A DNA stretch of 18,129 nucleotides from Thermodesulfobacteriota bacterium (GTDB taxonomy: Bacteria; Desulfobacterota_D; UBA1144; Nemesobacterales; Mycalebacteriaceae). Positions within the stretch are counted from its first letter, which is position 1; every line of letters starts with the position of its first letter. The DNA lies in contig CBDAQI010000003.1 in assembly GCA_965198945.1 (NCBI GenBank), positions 1 through 18,129 of the forward strand. The letters run 5' to 3'. Of this stretch, positions 1-9,119 are shown piece by piece. The notes under the pieces were generated by a model. It saw nothing but the letters and a program-made list of their open reading frames with translations. It was not told where the DNA came from and did no database searches. The position numbers and the translations under genes are program-made.

Positions 1-746
1 CAGTAAACAATCCCACTGTCGCCACTGTGTTTTTCATTGATAAAATCAAGCAGAGCCCCCCTCGCCTCGCCGGACTCGTTTATGTTTATAGTGTAGAAAA
101 TGTTGGGTCGGTCGTAACCAGAAACATATTCTTCCGCTGAGCCCAGAACCAACCGGTCGGCAATTTCCCTCTGTGTCACTTTGTCGGCCGTTGCGGTGAG
201 AGCTATCCGCGGCACGGAGGGAAAACGGTCTGCGAGAACGGAAAGTTTCAAGTATTCGGGACGAAAATCATGACCCCAGCGTGATACACAGTGCGCCTCG
301 TCAATTGCGAAAAGCGCAACCGGTATTTTTTCAAGCTCCTCAAGTATCCCGCCGTTAAGCAGCCCTTCGGGCGCAACATATATCAAATCAAGATGTCCGC
401 CGAGCAGAGCTTTTTCGGTATCGCGGCGTTGCGTATATGACAGACTTGAATTCAGAAACGCGGCACGAACTCCGTATTGACGCAGTGAATCAACCTGATC
501 TTTCATAAGGGCAATAAGTGGGGAAATTACAACACCCGTTCCTTTGCGCACAATGGAAGGAATCTGGTAACAGAGAGACTTTCCGCCCCCCGTGGGCATA
601 ACAACAATGGCGTCTCTGCCTCTCAAAAGCGTTTGTATAATCTCCGCCTGACCGGGGCGGAAATCCGAAAAACCGAAATTCTCGCGCAAAATTTCAAGCG
701 CTTTCCCCAAACCGTCAGGCGGCGTCTGAGAAAAAACCGTTGACAT
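1..746 (-). CDS. recQ: ATP-dependent DNA helicase RecQ (5' part; runs off the window edge)
   Basis: Not in the ORF track; translated by hand from the ATG at 746: MSTVFSQ...FGFSDFRPGQAEII (motif 0), MPTGGGKSLCYQ (Walker A), SPLIALMKDQV (Ia), IDEAHCVSRWGHDFRPEY (DEAH + aromatic loop), ALTATA (III), GYDRPNI, SGIVY. Open to position 1. Confidence 0.97.
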   Translation of the reverse strand, partial: MSTVFSQTPPDGLGKALEILRENFGFSDFRPGQAEIIQTLLRGRDAIVVMPTGGGKSLCYQIPSIVRKGTGVVISPLIALMKDQVDSLRQYGVRAAFLNSSLSYTQRRDTEKALLGGHLDLIYVAPEGLLNGGILEELEKIPVALFAIDEAHCVSRWGHDFRPEYLKLSVLADRFPSVPRIALTATADKVTQREIADRLVLGSAEEYVSGYDRPNIFYTININESGEARGALLDFINEKHSGDSGIVY

Positions 747-817
747 AAACTTGATTCTACCCGCTTCGCATATTTTAGAACAAAACCTCACCGGCTTTAA
801 GGTAGAATAGAATTTTA

Positions 818-2375
818 ATGCCGCTATTTGACCATTTTGAACTGGAAATTTTCAACAACATCCTGGCGGGAATAGCCGAAGAAATGGGCAAGTGTCTGAC
901 GCGCTCATCTTTTTCTCCGAACATAAAAGAGCGGCGCGACCACTCATGCGCCATATTCAACTCACAGGGTGAAATGATAGCGCAGGCGGCGCACATTCCG
1001 GTCCACCTGGGCTCAATGTCTTTCTCCGTCGCGGCGGTTCTGCGGGAATGTGAAATTTCAGACGGTGATATTTTTATGCTGAACGACCCTTTCAAGGGAG
1101 GCACTCACCTGCCTGACATAACCTGTGTTCTTCCGGTTTTTACAAAAGGAAAACCGGAATTTTACATGGCCGTGCGCGCGCACCACACTGATGTGGGAGG
1201 AGAAACTCCCGGTTCAATGCCGCTTTCCACCGGCATACACGAGGAAGGAGTGATTATCCCGCCGACCCTGATTGCCCGAAAAGGAAAAATTGACAAACCC
1301 CTTTTGGAAAAAATCACTTCCGGCATGAGAAATCCGCAAGAGAGATTCGGAGACCTTAACGCTCAAATTGCTTCTCTTCAAACGGGCAGGAAAAGACTTC
1401 TTGAGACAATGGAAAAATACTCCGTGGAGACGGTTCGCGAGGCGGGCGCGCAGCTGCTTGACTATGGAGAGAAGATTATGCGGGAAGTTATCGGGGATGT
1501 TCCGGACGGTGAATACGAGTTTACGGATTTTCTTGATGATGACGGAGCCGGAACCGAAAATATACCGATAAAAGTCCGGTTGAAAATACAAGGGGACGGA
1601 GCGGAGGTAGATTTTTCCGGAAGTTCACCGCCTGTTAAAGGATGTCTGAACGCGCCTTTCAGCGTAACGGCATCAGCGGTTTTGTATGTTTTCCAATGCC
1701 TCGCTCCCGATGATATTCCCCTCAACGCCGGGCCGCTGAAAGCCATACGTATCATTACCGATAAAAGCTCAATACTGAACGCAAAATACCCGAGCGCAAT
1801 AGCGGGAGGCAATGTGGAAACCTCTCAAAGGGTTGCGGATACGGTGTTCGGCGCGGTTTCAAAAGCGGTTCCCGAAAAAATACAGGCGGCAAGTGCCGGA
1901 ACGATGAACAATGTGACTTTCGGCGGCAAGCGCGGCCGTGGGGAATTTGTATACTATGAAAACAATAGCGGGGGGAATGGGCGGAAGATTCGGGGCCGAA
2001 GGAGTTTCCGCCGTTCAGGACACATATGACAAACACACTCAACACACCAATAGAAGCAATTGAAAGAGAACTTCCTGTGAGAATTAAATCTTATTCAATA
2101 CGAAAAAAATCGGGAGGGAGAGGAAAGTTTAATGGAGGTGAAGGCATTGTAAGGGAATATGAATTTCTTGAAACCGGCCCACCGTTTCCATAATCACAGA
2201 GAGAAGAAAACACCGCCCGTGGGGAGTGAGCGGCGGCGAAGGCGGGAAAAGCGGAAAAAACTTCCTGATACGCGACGGAGAAAAAACCGAACTCAGCGCT
2301 AAGCGGAGTTTTGAAGCCGGGAAAGGCGATATCCTAAGAGTGGAAACTCCCGGAGGCGGCGGTTGGGGAAAATAA
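818..2375 (+). pseudogene. Hydantoinase B/5-oxoprolinase family subunit, interrupted by frameshifts near the 3' end (possibly consensus errors)
   Basis: Motifs SPNIKERRDHSCA, HIPVHLGSM, NDPFKGGTHLPD, HHTDVGG..PGSM, EEG, GGNVETSQR, GTMNN. The conserved tail continues in other frames: YYETIAGGMG (extra A in 1959-1962), QTHMTNTLNTPIEAIE (extra G at 2018-2019), TERR..PWG..GG (+2 near 2171-2180), ending VETPGGGGWGK-stop at 2375. Repaired length ~517 aa. Confidence 0.9.
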
Positions 2376-2992
2376 AGCGCGTATCCGCCCGCCTTTATTT
2401 TATAATTTTTCTGCTTTTTCTCGGTGGATGTGTCCCCGGTTATAAACCGCAGGATATCAACGATGCCTGCTCCATTCTCAAAAATAAAAGGGGGTGGTAT
2501 GGAGACGTTCTGAGAACGGAAAAGAGGTGGGGGGTTCCAATTTCCGTAACCATGGCTTTCATTCATCAGGAGTCAAGTTTCAGAAAAGGAGCCAAGCACC
2601 CGAGAAAAAAAATACTCTGGGTTATCCCATGGAAGAGAACCTCATCCGCTTCAGGCTACGCCCAGGCGGTTGACAAGACATGGAAACAGTATTTGAAAGA
2701 AACCGGAAAAGGCGGGCTTATGACGCGCCGGGGGGATTTCAAAGACGCAACTGATTTTATCGGCTGGTATAACAACAAAAGCTCAAAACTTCTCGGAATT
2801 AAAAAGGACGACGCCTATCGTCTTTATCTCGCCTACCATGAAGGATGGAACGGATACCGCAAAGGAAATTACAAAAAAAAGAAATGGCTTCTGGGAGTAG
2901 CAAAAAAGGTTGAAAAACGCAAGAAAACCTACCAGAACCAGCTAAACCGCTGCCGGAAAAACCTCAAAACAAAACGGTTTGGCATATTTTAA
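2363..2992 (+). CDS. Lipoprotein with lysozyme-like/transglycosylase SLT domain
   Basis: Basic N-terminus, hydrophobic stretch and lipobox LGG-C; WGVP..MAFIHQESSF (catalytic E-S motif), SSASGYAQA..TW, LYLAYHEG..GY. The start (TTG 2363) overlaps the upstream stop and is uncertain. Confidence 0.8.
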   Translation: MGKIKRVSARLYFIIFLLFLGGCVPGYKPQDINDACSILKNKRGWYGDVLRTEKRWGVPISVTMAFIHQESSFRKGAKHPRKKILWVIPWKRTSSASGYAQAVDKTWKQYLKETGKGGLMTRRGDFKDATDFIGWYNNKSSKLLGIKKDDAYRLYLAYHEGWNGYRKGNYKKKKWLLGVAKKVEKRKKTYQNQLNRCRKNLKTKRFGIF

Positions 2993-4185
2993 CTGTTTTC
3001 GCTGTCCGGCGCTTCAATCGCCATTGCCTCTATTTTATCCAGCGGTTTCTCAAGCGCCCGTGTGCGCGTTGTAACAAGCGTTTGGAAATCGCCGCTCAAC
3101 CCCTCAATACGCCGTCCGAGTTTGTCCATCTGTTCAACATACTTGCCCCACTGCTCGCGGAATTTTTCCACCAACGCCATTACCTCCGATGCGCGCTCAT
3201 TCAATACGAAGCTGCGTGCGGCTTGATGAATCAGCGACAACACTGCGTAAAGCGTCAAAGGGGAACACAGCAGCACGCGGCTTCTAAGGGCGTGGTCAAC
3301 AAGTTCGGGGGCGTTCTCGTTGATGAAACCGTAGACCGACTCATTTGGAATAAACAGCATTACATAGTCCAGTGTGCCTTCCGCCGGGTTGATGTATTCG
3401 CGCCCACACACCGTATTAACATGGTTGCGTACATCGCGTAAAAAACTTTTTTGTTCCTGCACCCGCGCCTCATCGCTTTCCGCGGACAGATAACTTCTGT
3501 AATGGTCCAACGGAAACTTGACATCCATGTTCAGCCGCTTGTCGCGCGGCAAAAGAAAGGTGTAGTCCGGGCGTTGCCCCGACTCCACGGACTCCTGATG
3601 GGTGTAGTTAATGCGCTCAACCAGACCCACCGACTGCAAAATATCCTTCACCATCCGCTCTCCCCACTGTCCGCGCTGTCGTGATGATGACAAAATCTCG
3701 CTCAGTTTTGCGGTGTTTTCGTTGAGGTTTTTTGTGTTTTCGCTGTGCGTGTCCATGCTTGTTTTCAGTTCGGTTGACTGTTTGTGCAGTCGGTTGAGCG
3801 TTTCCTTCATATTTGACAGGTTTTCGTCAATGAGTTTCTTTTTGGACTCCAACTCTTTTTCCGAAACTTCCTTCAACACCTTAAACTGCTCATTCGCCTG
3901 TTTTAAAAACTCCTCTGAATTGCTTTTTGCTATGTTCGCCGCCATCACCTTGAATGTGTTTTCCATCTGCTCGCAGATTTCATTCAGACGCGCTTTTTCC
4001 TCCTCAAACCGCAATTGAGCGTTTTCCAACTTTGTACGCACGACCGTTTCGGCTTCGCGCGACTCGCTTAATTCAGTTTCAAGATTGGCAATTTTTTCCA
4101 AATACGCCGCCGGTTCAGTCCGCGCCCGCCACAACCAGCCGAACGCAAAACCGGCAACCGCCGCAATGACTATCAATATTTCCAT
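2989..4185 (-). CDS. rmuC: DNA recombination protein RmuC
   Basis: N-terminal TM helix, long coiled coil, RGQWGE, RPD..LP..MDVKFP (PD-(D/E)XK), YI.P..TLDYVMLFIPNE, SPLTL.A.L. Confidence 0.93.
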   Translation of the reverse strand: MEILIVIAAVAGFAFGWLWRARTEPAAYLEKIANLETELSESREAETVVRTKLENAQLRFEEEKARLNEICEQMENTFKVMAANIAKSNSEEFLKQANEQFKVLKEVSEKELESKKKLIDENLSNMKETLNRLHKQSTELKTSMDTHSENTKNLNENTAKLSEILSSSRQRGQWGERMVKDILQSVGLVERINYTHQESVESGQRPDYTFLLPRDKRLNMDVKFPLDHYRSYLSAESDEARVQEQKSFLRDVRNHVNTVCGREYINPAEGTLDYVMLFIPNESVYGFINENAPELVDHALRSRVLLCSPLTLYAVLSLIHQAARSFVLNERASEVMALVEKFREQWGKYVEQMDKLGRRIEGLSGDFQTLVTTRTRALEKPLDKIEAMAIEAPDSENS

Positions 4186-4229
4186 TGTTTTGCCCTTTTA
4201 CTTTTCTGTTATTATATCGGCTTATCAAA

Positions 4230-5353
4230 ATGGACGAAAAAACGTGTTTCATTGCTCTCAGCTCCATCAAAGGGCTCGGCAACGTTCTTATAAGACGACT
4301 GGTGGAGGGGTGCGGTTCGGCCGGAAATGTTTTTGAGAAAGCGGGCGCCTCCGGGGCGCTTTCCGGGATTGACGGAATCGGGACCGAAACGGAAAACCTT
4401 GTCAGAAATTTTCTCCGATTGGAAAAAGGCGGAACAAAAAGCCGCAGAAGTAGTTGGTAAGGGTTTTTGAGCTTATTACTTTTTCGGATGACAACTATCC
4501 TGAAAATTTGAAACACATACACTCCGCCCCGCCCGTTTTATACGTTTTTGGAGAGATAAAAAAACAAGACATCCTTTCCATTGCGGTAGTGGGGTCGCGC
4601 TTCTCAAACAAATATGGAAATGACACCGCACACAACTTTTCATCAGAACTTGCCGCAATGGGCGTGTGCATAGTAAGCGGAATGGCAAGAGGGGTTGACT
4701 CCACCGCCCATAAAGCGGCCATTGATGCGGGCGGGCGCACAATAGCGATTCTCGGAAGCGGGCTTGATGTTATATATCCGCCGGAAAATCACGAACTCTA
4801 CGAAAAAATAGCGAAGAACGGAGCCGTAGTCTCAACTTTTCCACTTGGAACCGGGCCCGGAAAAACAAATTTCCCTGAACGCAACACCTTCATAAGCGGG
4901 CTTTCTCTCGGAACCGTTGTTGTGCAGGCCGCGGGAAAAAGCGGGGCGCTGCTTACCGCTTATCTGGCCCTTGAGCAGAACAGGCATGTGTTTGCCGTGC
5001 CGGGCAGAGTCGGAGATAAAATGAGCGCGGGAACCAATTTTCTTATCAAGGAAAGTCTTGCGAAACTTGTGGAAAACACGGATGACATAGTTAATGAAAT
5101 CTCCGACTTTCAGAAATTAAGAAGCGGTCGGGAGGAAGAAAAATCGGCAGAGTCACGCGGAAAGAAACTCGCCTCACTGCCGAAAGCAAAGAGAAGACTG
5201 CTTTCCCTTATAACGGAGAAGCCTCTGCATATTGATGAAATCTCAGAAAAATCCGGCGAAGCGGTGTCATCAATTTCCACGCAGATGCTTGAGCTTGAAA
5301 TTGAGGGCCTCGCCCAACAAATTGAAGGGGGACTGTATCAGGCAGAAATCTGA
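4230..5353 (+). pseudogene. dprA: DNA-protecting protein DprA (Smf), with two +1 frameshifts in the N-terminal part (possibly consensus errors)
   Basis: ATG 4230 gives a SAM/HhH-like N-terminus (LSSIKGLG..GIDGIG). Removing one T at 4409-4412 and one at 4464-4468 gives NFSDWKKAEQKAAEVVGKGFELITFSDDNYP, which joins the core (IAVVGSR, VSGMARGVDSTAH, GSGLDVIYP, FPERN..ISGLS, SGALLTA) and the C-terminal winged helix (LELEIEG). Repaired length 373 aa. Confidence 0.93.
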
Positions 5354-5367
5354 AAAACAGGCGTTGT

Positions 5368-5620
5368 TCACAAACGAAAGGTGATTTTCAGCAAACTGCT
5401 CTCTATTTTGACGCCCTTAAAAAGAGCCCGCAATCTTTTCTTTGATGCTGACTTCACCAAATTGGCAAATCAGACGGTTGTCCAAAAGTCTCGTCATCAC
5501 TTCTTTCCATTAAAGAAATATCGTTTTTGAATCAGTGTCGTAAGGAATCTCAGTCTCGGCGTAAACTTTGCTTTCAAGCATATCCCAGCAGAAAGAGCGC
5601 AACTATACAAATTAAAGATG
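5368..5620 (-). pseudogene. Decayed paralogue of the 6710..7249 DUF1439-like gene
   Basis: Hand translation gives LESKVYAETEIPYDTDSKTIF (vs LKSEVYAETKIVYDAESQTVS), then after a deletion LLDNRLICQF..KEKIAG and LFKGVKIESSLLKITF (vs LLDSRPIYRL..EERIAGALLKNIKVENGFLKIIF), broken by stops and frame changes. Confidence 0.75.
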
Positions 5621-5641
5621 CTTTTTATCAGATAGACCGCA

Positions 5642-6655
5642 TTAGAAAAGACTGTATTTGAAACTAACAGCCGCGCCCCAGAACTGTGTGTTGTCGATTT
5701 CGCTTCTGTATGTTATAAGATTGCTTCTGCCGCCAAGGTCGGGGTTGTCTTCGGGACTTACGGTTGAAGCATGGTCTCTGAGAACATCCCATGTCTCAGG
5801 GTCACCTTTAATCTTGCCGAAATAGGCCCAGCGGAGTTTCAGCCCCGCAGACAGCCTTTAGGACAGGGAGTAGTCGAATCCCAGCAGAACCTGGAAGCCA
5901 AACAGGCCGTCTTCGTGGTTTCTACGGGAATAAGATACCGTTCCTTCTAAAGGTCCAATCACACAGTCATTTGCAGGTGTCGGGTCATCATCTCTTCCGC
6001 ATAGAGCGGAAGAATTATCTCCGTTGTCGTTTCTTTGGAAGAAATTTAGCAGGTCAGCTTTTGTTTTTGACCATCCGACCCCGCCCCCCAGATACGGAGT
6101 GAACTTTGTATCGGTTTGCAAATCATAATACAGATTGGCAAAAATATTGTGCGACTGCACACCTCCGAACCGTCCATATGCCTGCCCGCCGGCCGAGGGA
6201 ACAAATTCGGATAATTTACCTCCTGAAACAGTGACCGGAGCACGTTTATCAAACTCATTGTTGCGGTAAAAATACTCAAACTCAGCCCTTACCGGAAGGC
6301 CCCATATGCGCCCATACCCAACTGTCAACCCAACCGTATGTCCCAAGCTTGTTTTGTTATAATCCTGCCTTAAGTGAGTGCCGGGAAAATCCACGCAACT
6401 GGGATTGCCCGAATCCGCACGAAAGGCGGATGCATCCGCGGGAAAGCCTGCCTGCCCAGCATAGTGTAAATCACATCGGGAAGGAATGCCGTTATTATGA
6501 TTATCAACCTTAATCCCAGTTGCCAGTGTCAAACCTGCGTCCAGACCTAAATACGGACCGCTCATTGTTTCACTGGACATCATTCTTTCGGCGCCTTGTA
6601 CCGCCTGAAAGGACAATAATACAAATAAAATCAATGATAAGACAACTCTTTTCAT
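5642..6655 (-). pseudogene. Outer-membrane beta-barrel protein (OmpA-transmembrane/opacity-like, 8-stranded) with an in-frame TAA at 5858-5860
   Basis: Signal peptide from ATG 6655 (MKRVVLSLILFVLLSFQAVQGA), GPYLGLDAG, VGYG..VRAEFEYFYR, FANLYYD..FTPYLGGGVGW, FGFQVLLGFDY. After the stop the same frame continues RLSAGLKLRWAYFG...FWGAAVSFKYSLF-stop (5642), with a terminal Phe typical of BAM substrates. Confidence 0.8.
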
Positions 6656-6709
6656 CCTGGAACTATAACACAAAAGCTGTGAGAAAAACTATAGGGGAAA
6701 ATCTGGAAG

Positions 6710-7249
6710 TTAAGGTCCGAAGATAATTTTCAGAAAACCGTTTTCCACTTTGATATTCTTTAAAAGCGCCCCTGCAATCCGTTCTTCGGTTTTTTCTGAG
6801 TTCAAGCGGTAAATGGGTCTTGAGTCTAAAAGTTCCGGTATCACCTTTCCGACGGTTTCACGGACAACTTTTCCCGCTTCGGGCGGAAGTCCCTGTATAC
6901 GCAACTTTCTCAGCCTGGTGTCCGAAAATGAGACTGTTTGAGACTCCGCATCATAGACGATTTTAGTCTCGGCATAGACCTCGCTTTTCAATTTTTCAAC
7001 ACCGGAGAGAAAAACGGATATGTCGCAGGAGAAACCTATGTGGTCGTTTCCTTTTTCAAGGTGAATTTGAGGATTTGAAAGAACAGTTTTTACAAAAAGA
7101 AGATTTGTCTTTTCATATGGAAACTCTTTTTCAATAAGACTTTGTATCTGCTCTTTTTTGATGCTGATTTCAAACTGAGGCTTTGCCAGAAACAAGTATG
7201 CCGCAACCGCAAACAGCAAAACAAGAGCAATTAAAAAGATTTTTTTCAT
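6710..7249 (-). CDS. DUF1439 (YceB-like) membrane-anchored/periplasmic protein
   Basis: N-terminal anchor, IS..QIQ..IEKEFPYEK, LSNPQI.L, YD, ..L..RPIYRL, I.VENG.L.I. Upstream TATAAT and GGAG Shine-Dalgarno. Confidence 0.7.
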   Translation of the reverse strand: MKKIFLIALVLLFAVAAYLFLAKPQFEISIKKEQIQSLIEKEFPYEKTNLLFVKTVLSNPQIHLEKGNDHIGFSCDISVFLSGVEKLKSEVYAETKIVYDAESQTVSFSDTRLRKLRIQGLPPEAGKVVRETVGKVIPELLDSRPIYRLNSEKTEERIAGALLKNIKVENGFLKIIFGP

Positions 7250-7334
7250 CTTGACTCCATTTGGAAAGAATGCGCATTATATCCCAACCCGTTTCTTCAC
7301 GCAAGGCTTCGGCCTATTGCAATCCAACCCGGTT

Positions 7335-8114
7335 TCACAGAAAGAAATTAAGAGATGTTGTGTATGTAAAGTTCGTCTTTTTAATTGAAGCGTTTGCCGG
7401 TTTATTTTCATAATCCAGACCGGCTGTAAGAGTCAAAGACAGGGTCTCGGTCAGAATAATTGAAAAAGAGGCTTCGTTTTCACTTCTAAAATCTTTTGTC
7501 TCCGTCGGGGGAAGAACAAATACGGAAGACACGGATATCTTCATGCCGTCCATTTCTTTGTCAGCCCCGGCTCTAAAGTGGAATGTGGCAAGGTTGGTGG
7601 TCGGGGCGGAAATGAAGTCTTCTCTCTCCCAGAAAAGAAGAACACTTGAATAAGCTTTCAGTGACGGAGAAAGAGAAAAATCCGCCGTCAGACCCCCTCC
7701 CAAACCGGAACGGAGAGAAATGAGGTCAATTTCATCACTTTCCAGAAAGGAACTCAGATTTAAAAACACCGATTCAACTTTGGGACTGGAATCAAAAGAC
7801 TTCAGTTTATGCAGATAAGCCAAATCCAGACGCCAGAGATCTTCATTTGTAACGCCGTCCACTTTGCCGAATTCATACTTGGCAGTGTTTGTAAACCTGT
7901 CCTTCTCACCCTCAATTTCATAGCAATATCGGAGCCCGATATCAGTTTTGTCCGTGGTGCCTTTTGAACCGGAAAAAGAAGCGCCCGTGGAAAATTCCCA
8001 GTTTCTCAAATCCGAATCGCCGATTTTGCAGGTGCCCGCAAGAACTTTCTGAGGCGGAAACATGAGAAACGAAACGAAAAGCGCTACAAAAAAAATGCTT
8101 TTGATAATTGACAT
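7335..8114 (-). CDS. DUF481 (YdiY-like) outer-membrane beta-barrel protein
   Basis: Signal peptide; GASFSGSKGTTD, YEFGKVDG, E.D..I.LRSGLGGGL, DFRSENE, LDYENKP..KKT..YTTSLNF; amphipathic beta strands throughout. Confidence 0.72.
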   Translation of the reverse strand: MSIIKSIFFVALFVSFLMFPPQKVLAGTCKIGDSDLRNWEFSTGASFSGSKGTTDKTDIGLRYCYEIEGEKDRFTNTAKYEFGKVDGVTNEDLWRLDLAYLHKLKSFDSSPKVESVFLNLSSFLESDEIDLISLRSGLGGGLTADFSLSPSLKAYSSVLLFWEREDFISAPTTNLATFHFRAGADKEMDGMKISVSSVFVLPPTETKDFRSENEASFSIILTETLSLTLTAGLDYENKPANASIKKTNFTYTTSLNFFL

Positions 8115-8836
8115 GGGGGTGGATTATACGCAATTTTTCAAGTTTCTTGCCGTCTTTAGTTTTGAGTTTGTTTTCGGCGCTGTCCGCGGCGGCGATAATA
8201 ACATCATCCCGCAACTCTGGCGGTATGTCCCGCAGGAAGGGAGCGGCAAAATTCTTAAGCCAGCCCGCAACATCGGTCGGAAGCGGCGTGTTTCTGTCAA
8301 AAACTTTTAATTCAACAACTTCAAATCCATTTCTCTCAAGCCGGTCGCAATAATCATCCCCGGCGGGAAAATCCCACGGGTTGTAATCATCGCCGTTGAG
8401 ATTGAATTTTTGCAGCTGCTCATAAACAGCGTCAACTATCGTCCGGACATTGTTTTTTGCCCCGAATTCGGCGCAAAAACGTCCACCCGGCTTCAAAGCT
8501 CTGTAAACATTGGATAGAACGGCGTCAGAATCCGGCATCCAGTGCAAAACGGCATTGGAAAAAACCGCGTCAAAATCGCCGCTGAATTCCATTTTTTGCG
8601 CGTCAACAACACGGGAGTCAAGCCCTTTTGCCCGTGGCGGAGACCATTTCCGGGCTGCTGTCAATCCCGACAACCTCACAGCCGTATTCGGCTATTTTGC
8701 TCATTAAAACTCCCGTGCCGCAGCCGACATCCAAAATCACCTCGCCCGCACGGGGCGCGAGCAAATTAAGAACCCCGTCCGCGCGCTGCCAGACATATGA
8801 GGCGTTGCGTTCGTAATCAGAGACGTTCCAGTCCAT
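7942..8836 (-). pseudogene. Class I SAM-dependent methyltransferase (Tam-like), frameshifted at ~8635; homology ends near 8147
   Basis: MDWNVSDY..ILDVGCGTG (motif I)..VGIDSSPEMV in one frame, then RAKGLD..FDAVFSNAVLHW..ALKPGGRF.AEFG..NV..PW.FP in another. The W-x-ADYVRLR-like tail I expect for this family is absent, and the frame runs on into the DUF481 gene to 7942. Confidence 0.85.
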
Positions 8837-8872
8837 AGTTTCAAGTTTGTAATTTACAACAATTTTTTAAGC
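8768..8872 (-). repeat. Methyltransferase 5' end plus upstream region, copy A (native)
   Basis: Aligns with 12264-12367 and 11346-11417; shared upstream TTGTAATT(T/C)ACA..TTTTAAG on the + strand. Confidence 0.9.
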
Positions 8873-8931
8873 TGGGAAACATAATTACTTCAATCGTTAC
8901 GGGGCGAAAGAATCAACCATTAGTGTAATTG

Positions 8932-9031
8932 TCAGGGCGACACAATTATTGTAACTGACAAGAAATTATCGACTAGCAGGCGTAAACAGTCATAATCTCT
9001 TAGGTTAGGATGAATTAAGTATTGTCCCCGG
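8932..9031 (+). repeat. ~100-bp intergenic repeat ending in recombination-site-like core 1 (TTAGGTTAGGATGAATTAAGTATTGTCCCCGG)
   Basis: Aligns end to end with 13446-13546 (GACACAA.TATTG.AACTG.CAA...ATTAT.G...TAAAC.G...AGGTTA.GATGAATTAAGTATT..GTCCCCGGA) and partly with 12387-12462. Confidence 0.88.
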
Positions 9032-9078
9032 AGTTCCCCCAGAATTCTGACGGGATATATCTTGAAGTTCCAACAAAC

Positions 9079-9109
9079 TTGAGTATGGTGAATCTGAGAA
9101 TACAATTCT
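9079..9109 (+). promoter_or_regulatory. Putative sigma70 promoter of bfr with an overlapping inverted repeat
   Basis: TTGAGT (9079-9084), 16 nt, TACAAT (9101-9106); the AGAAT-aca-ATTCT palindrome at 9097-9109 overlaps the -10. Confidence 0.4.
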
Positions 9110-9119
9110 ACAAAAAAGG

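Noticed and set aside
7301..7320. Hairpin GCAAGGC-TTCG-GCCTATTGC between the DUF481 and DUF1439 genes
   Set aside because: No U-tract on the coding strand, so it cannot be called a terminator.
9097..9109. Palindrome upstream of bfr as a Fur or Irr box
   Set aside because: The spacing fits neither the 7-1-7 Fur nor the GAA-N3-TTC Irr pattern; kept only as an unspecified palindrome.
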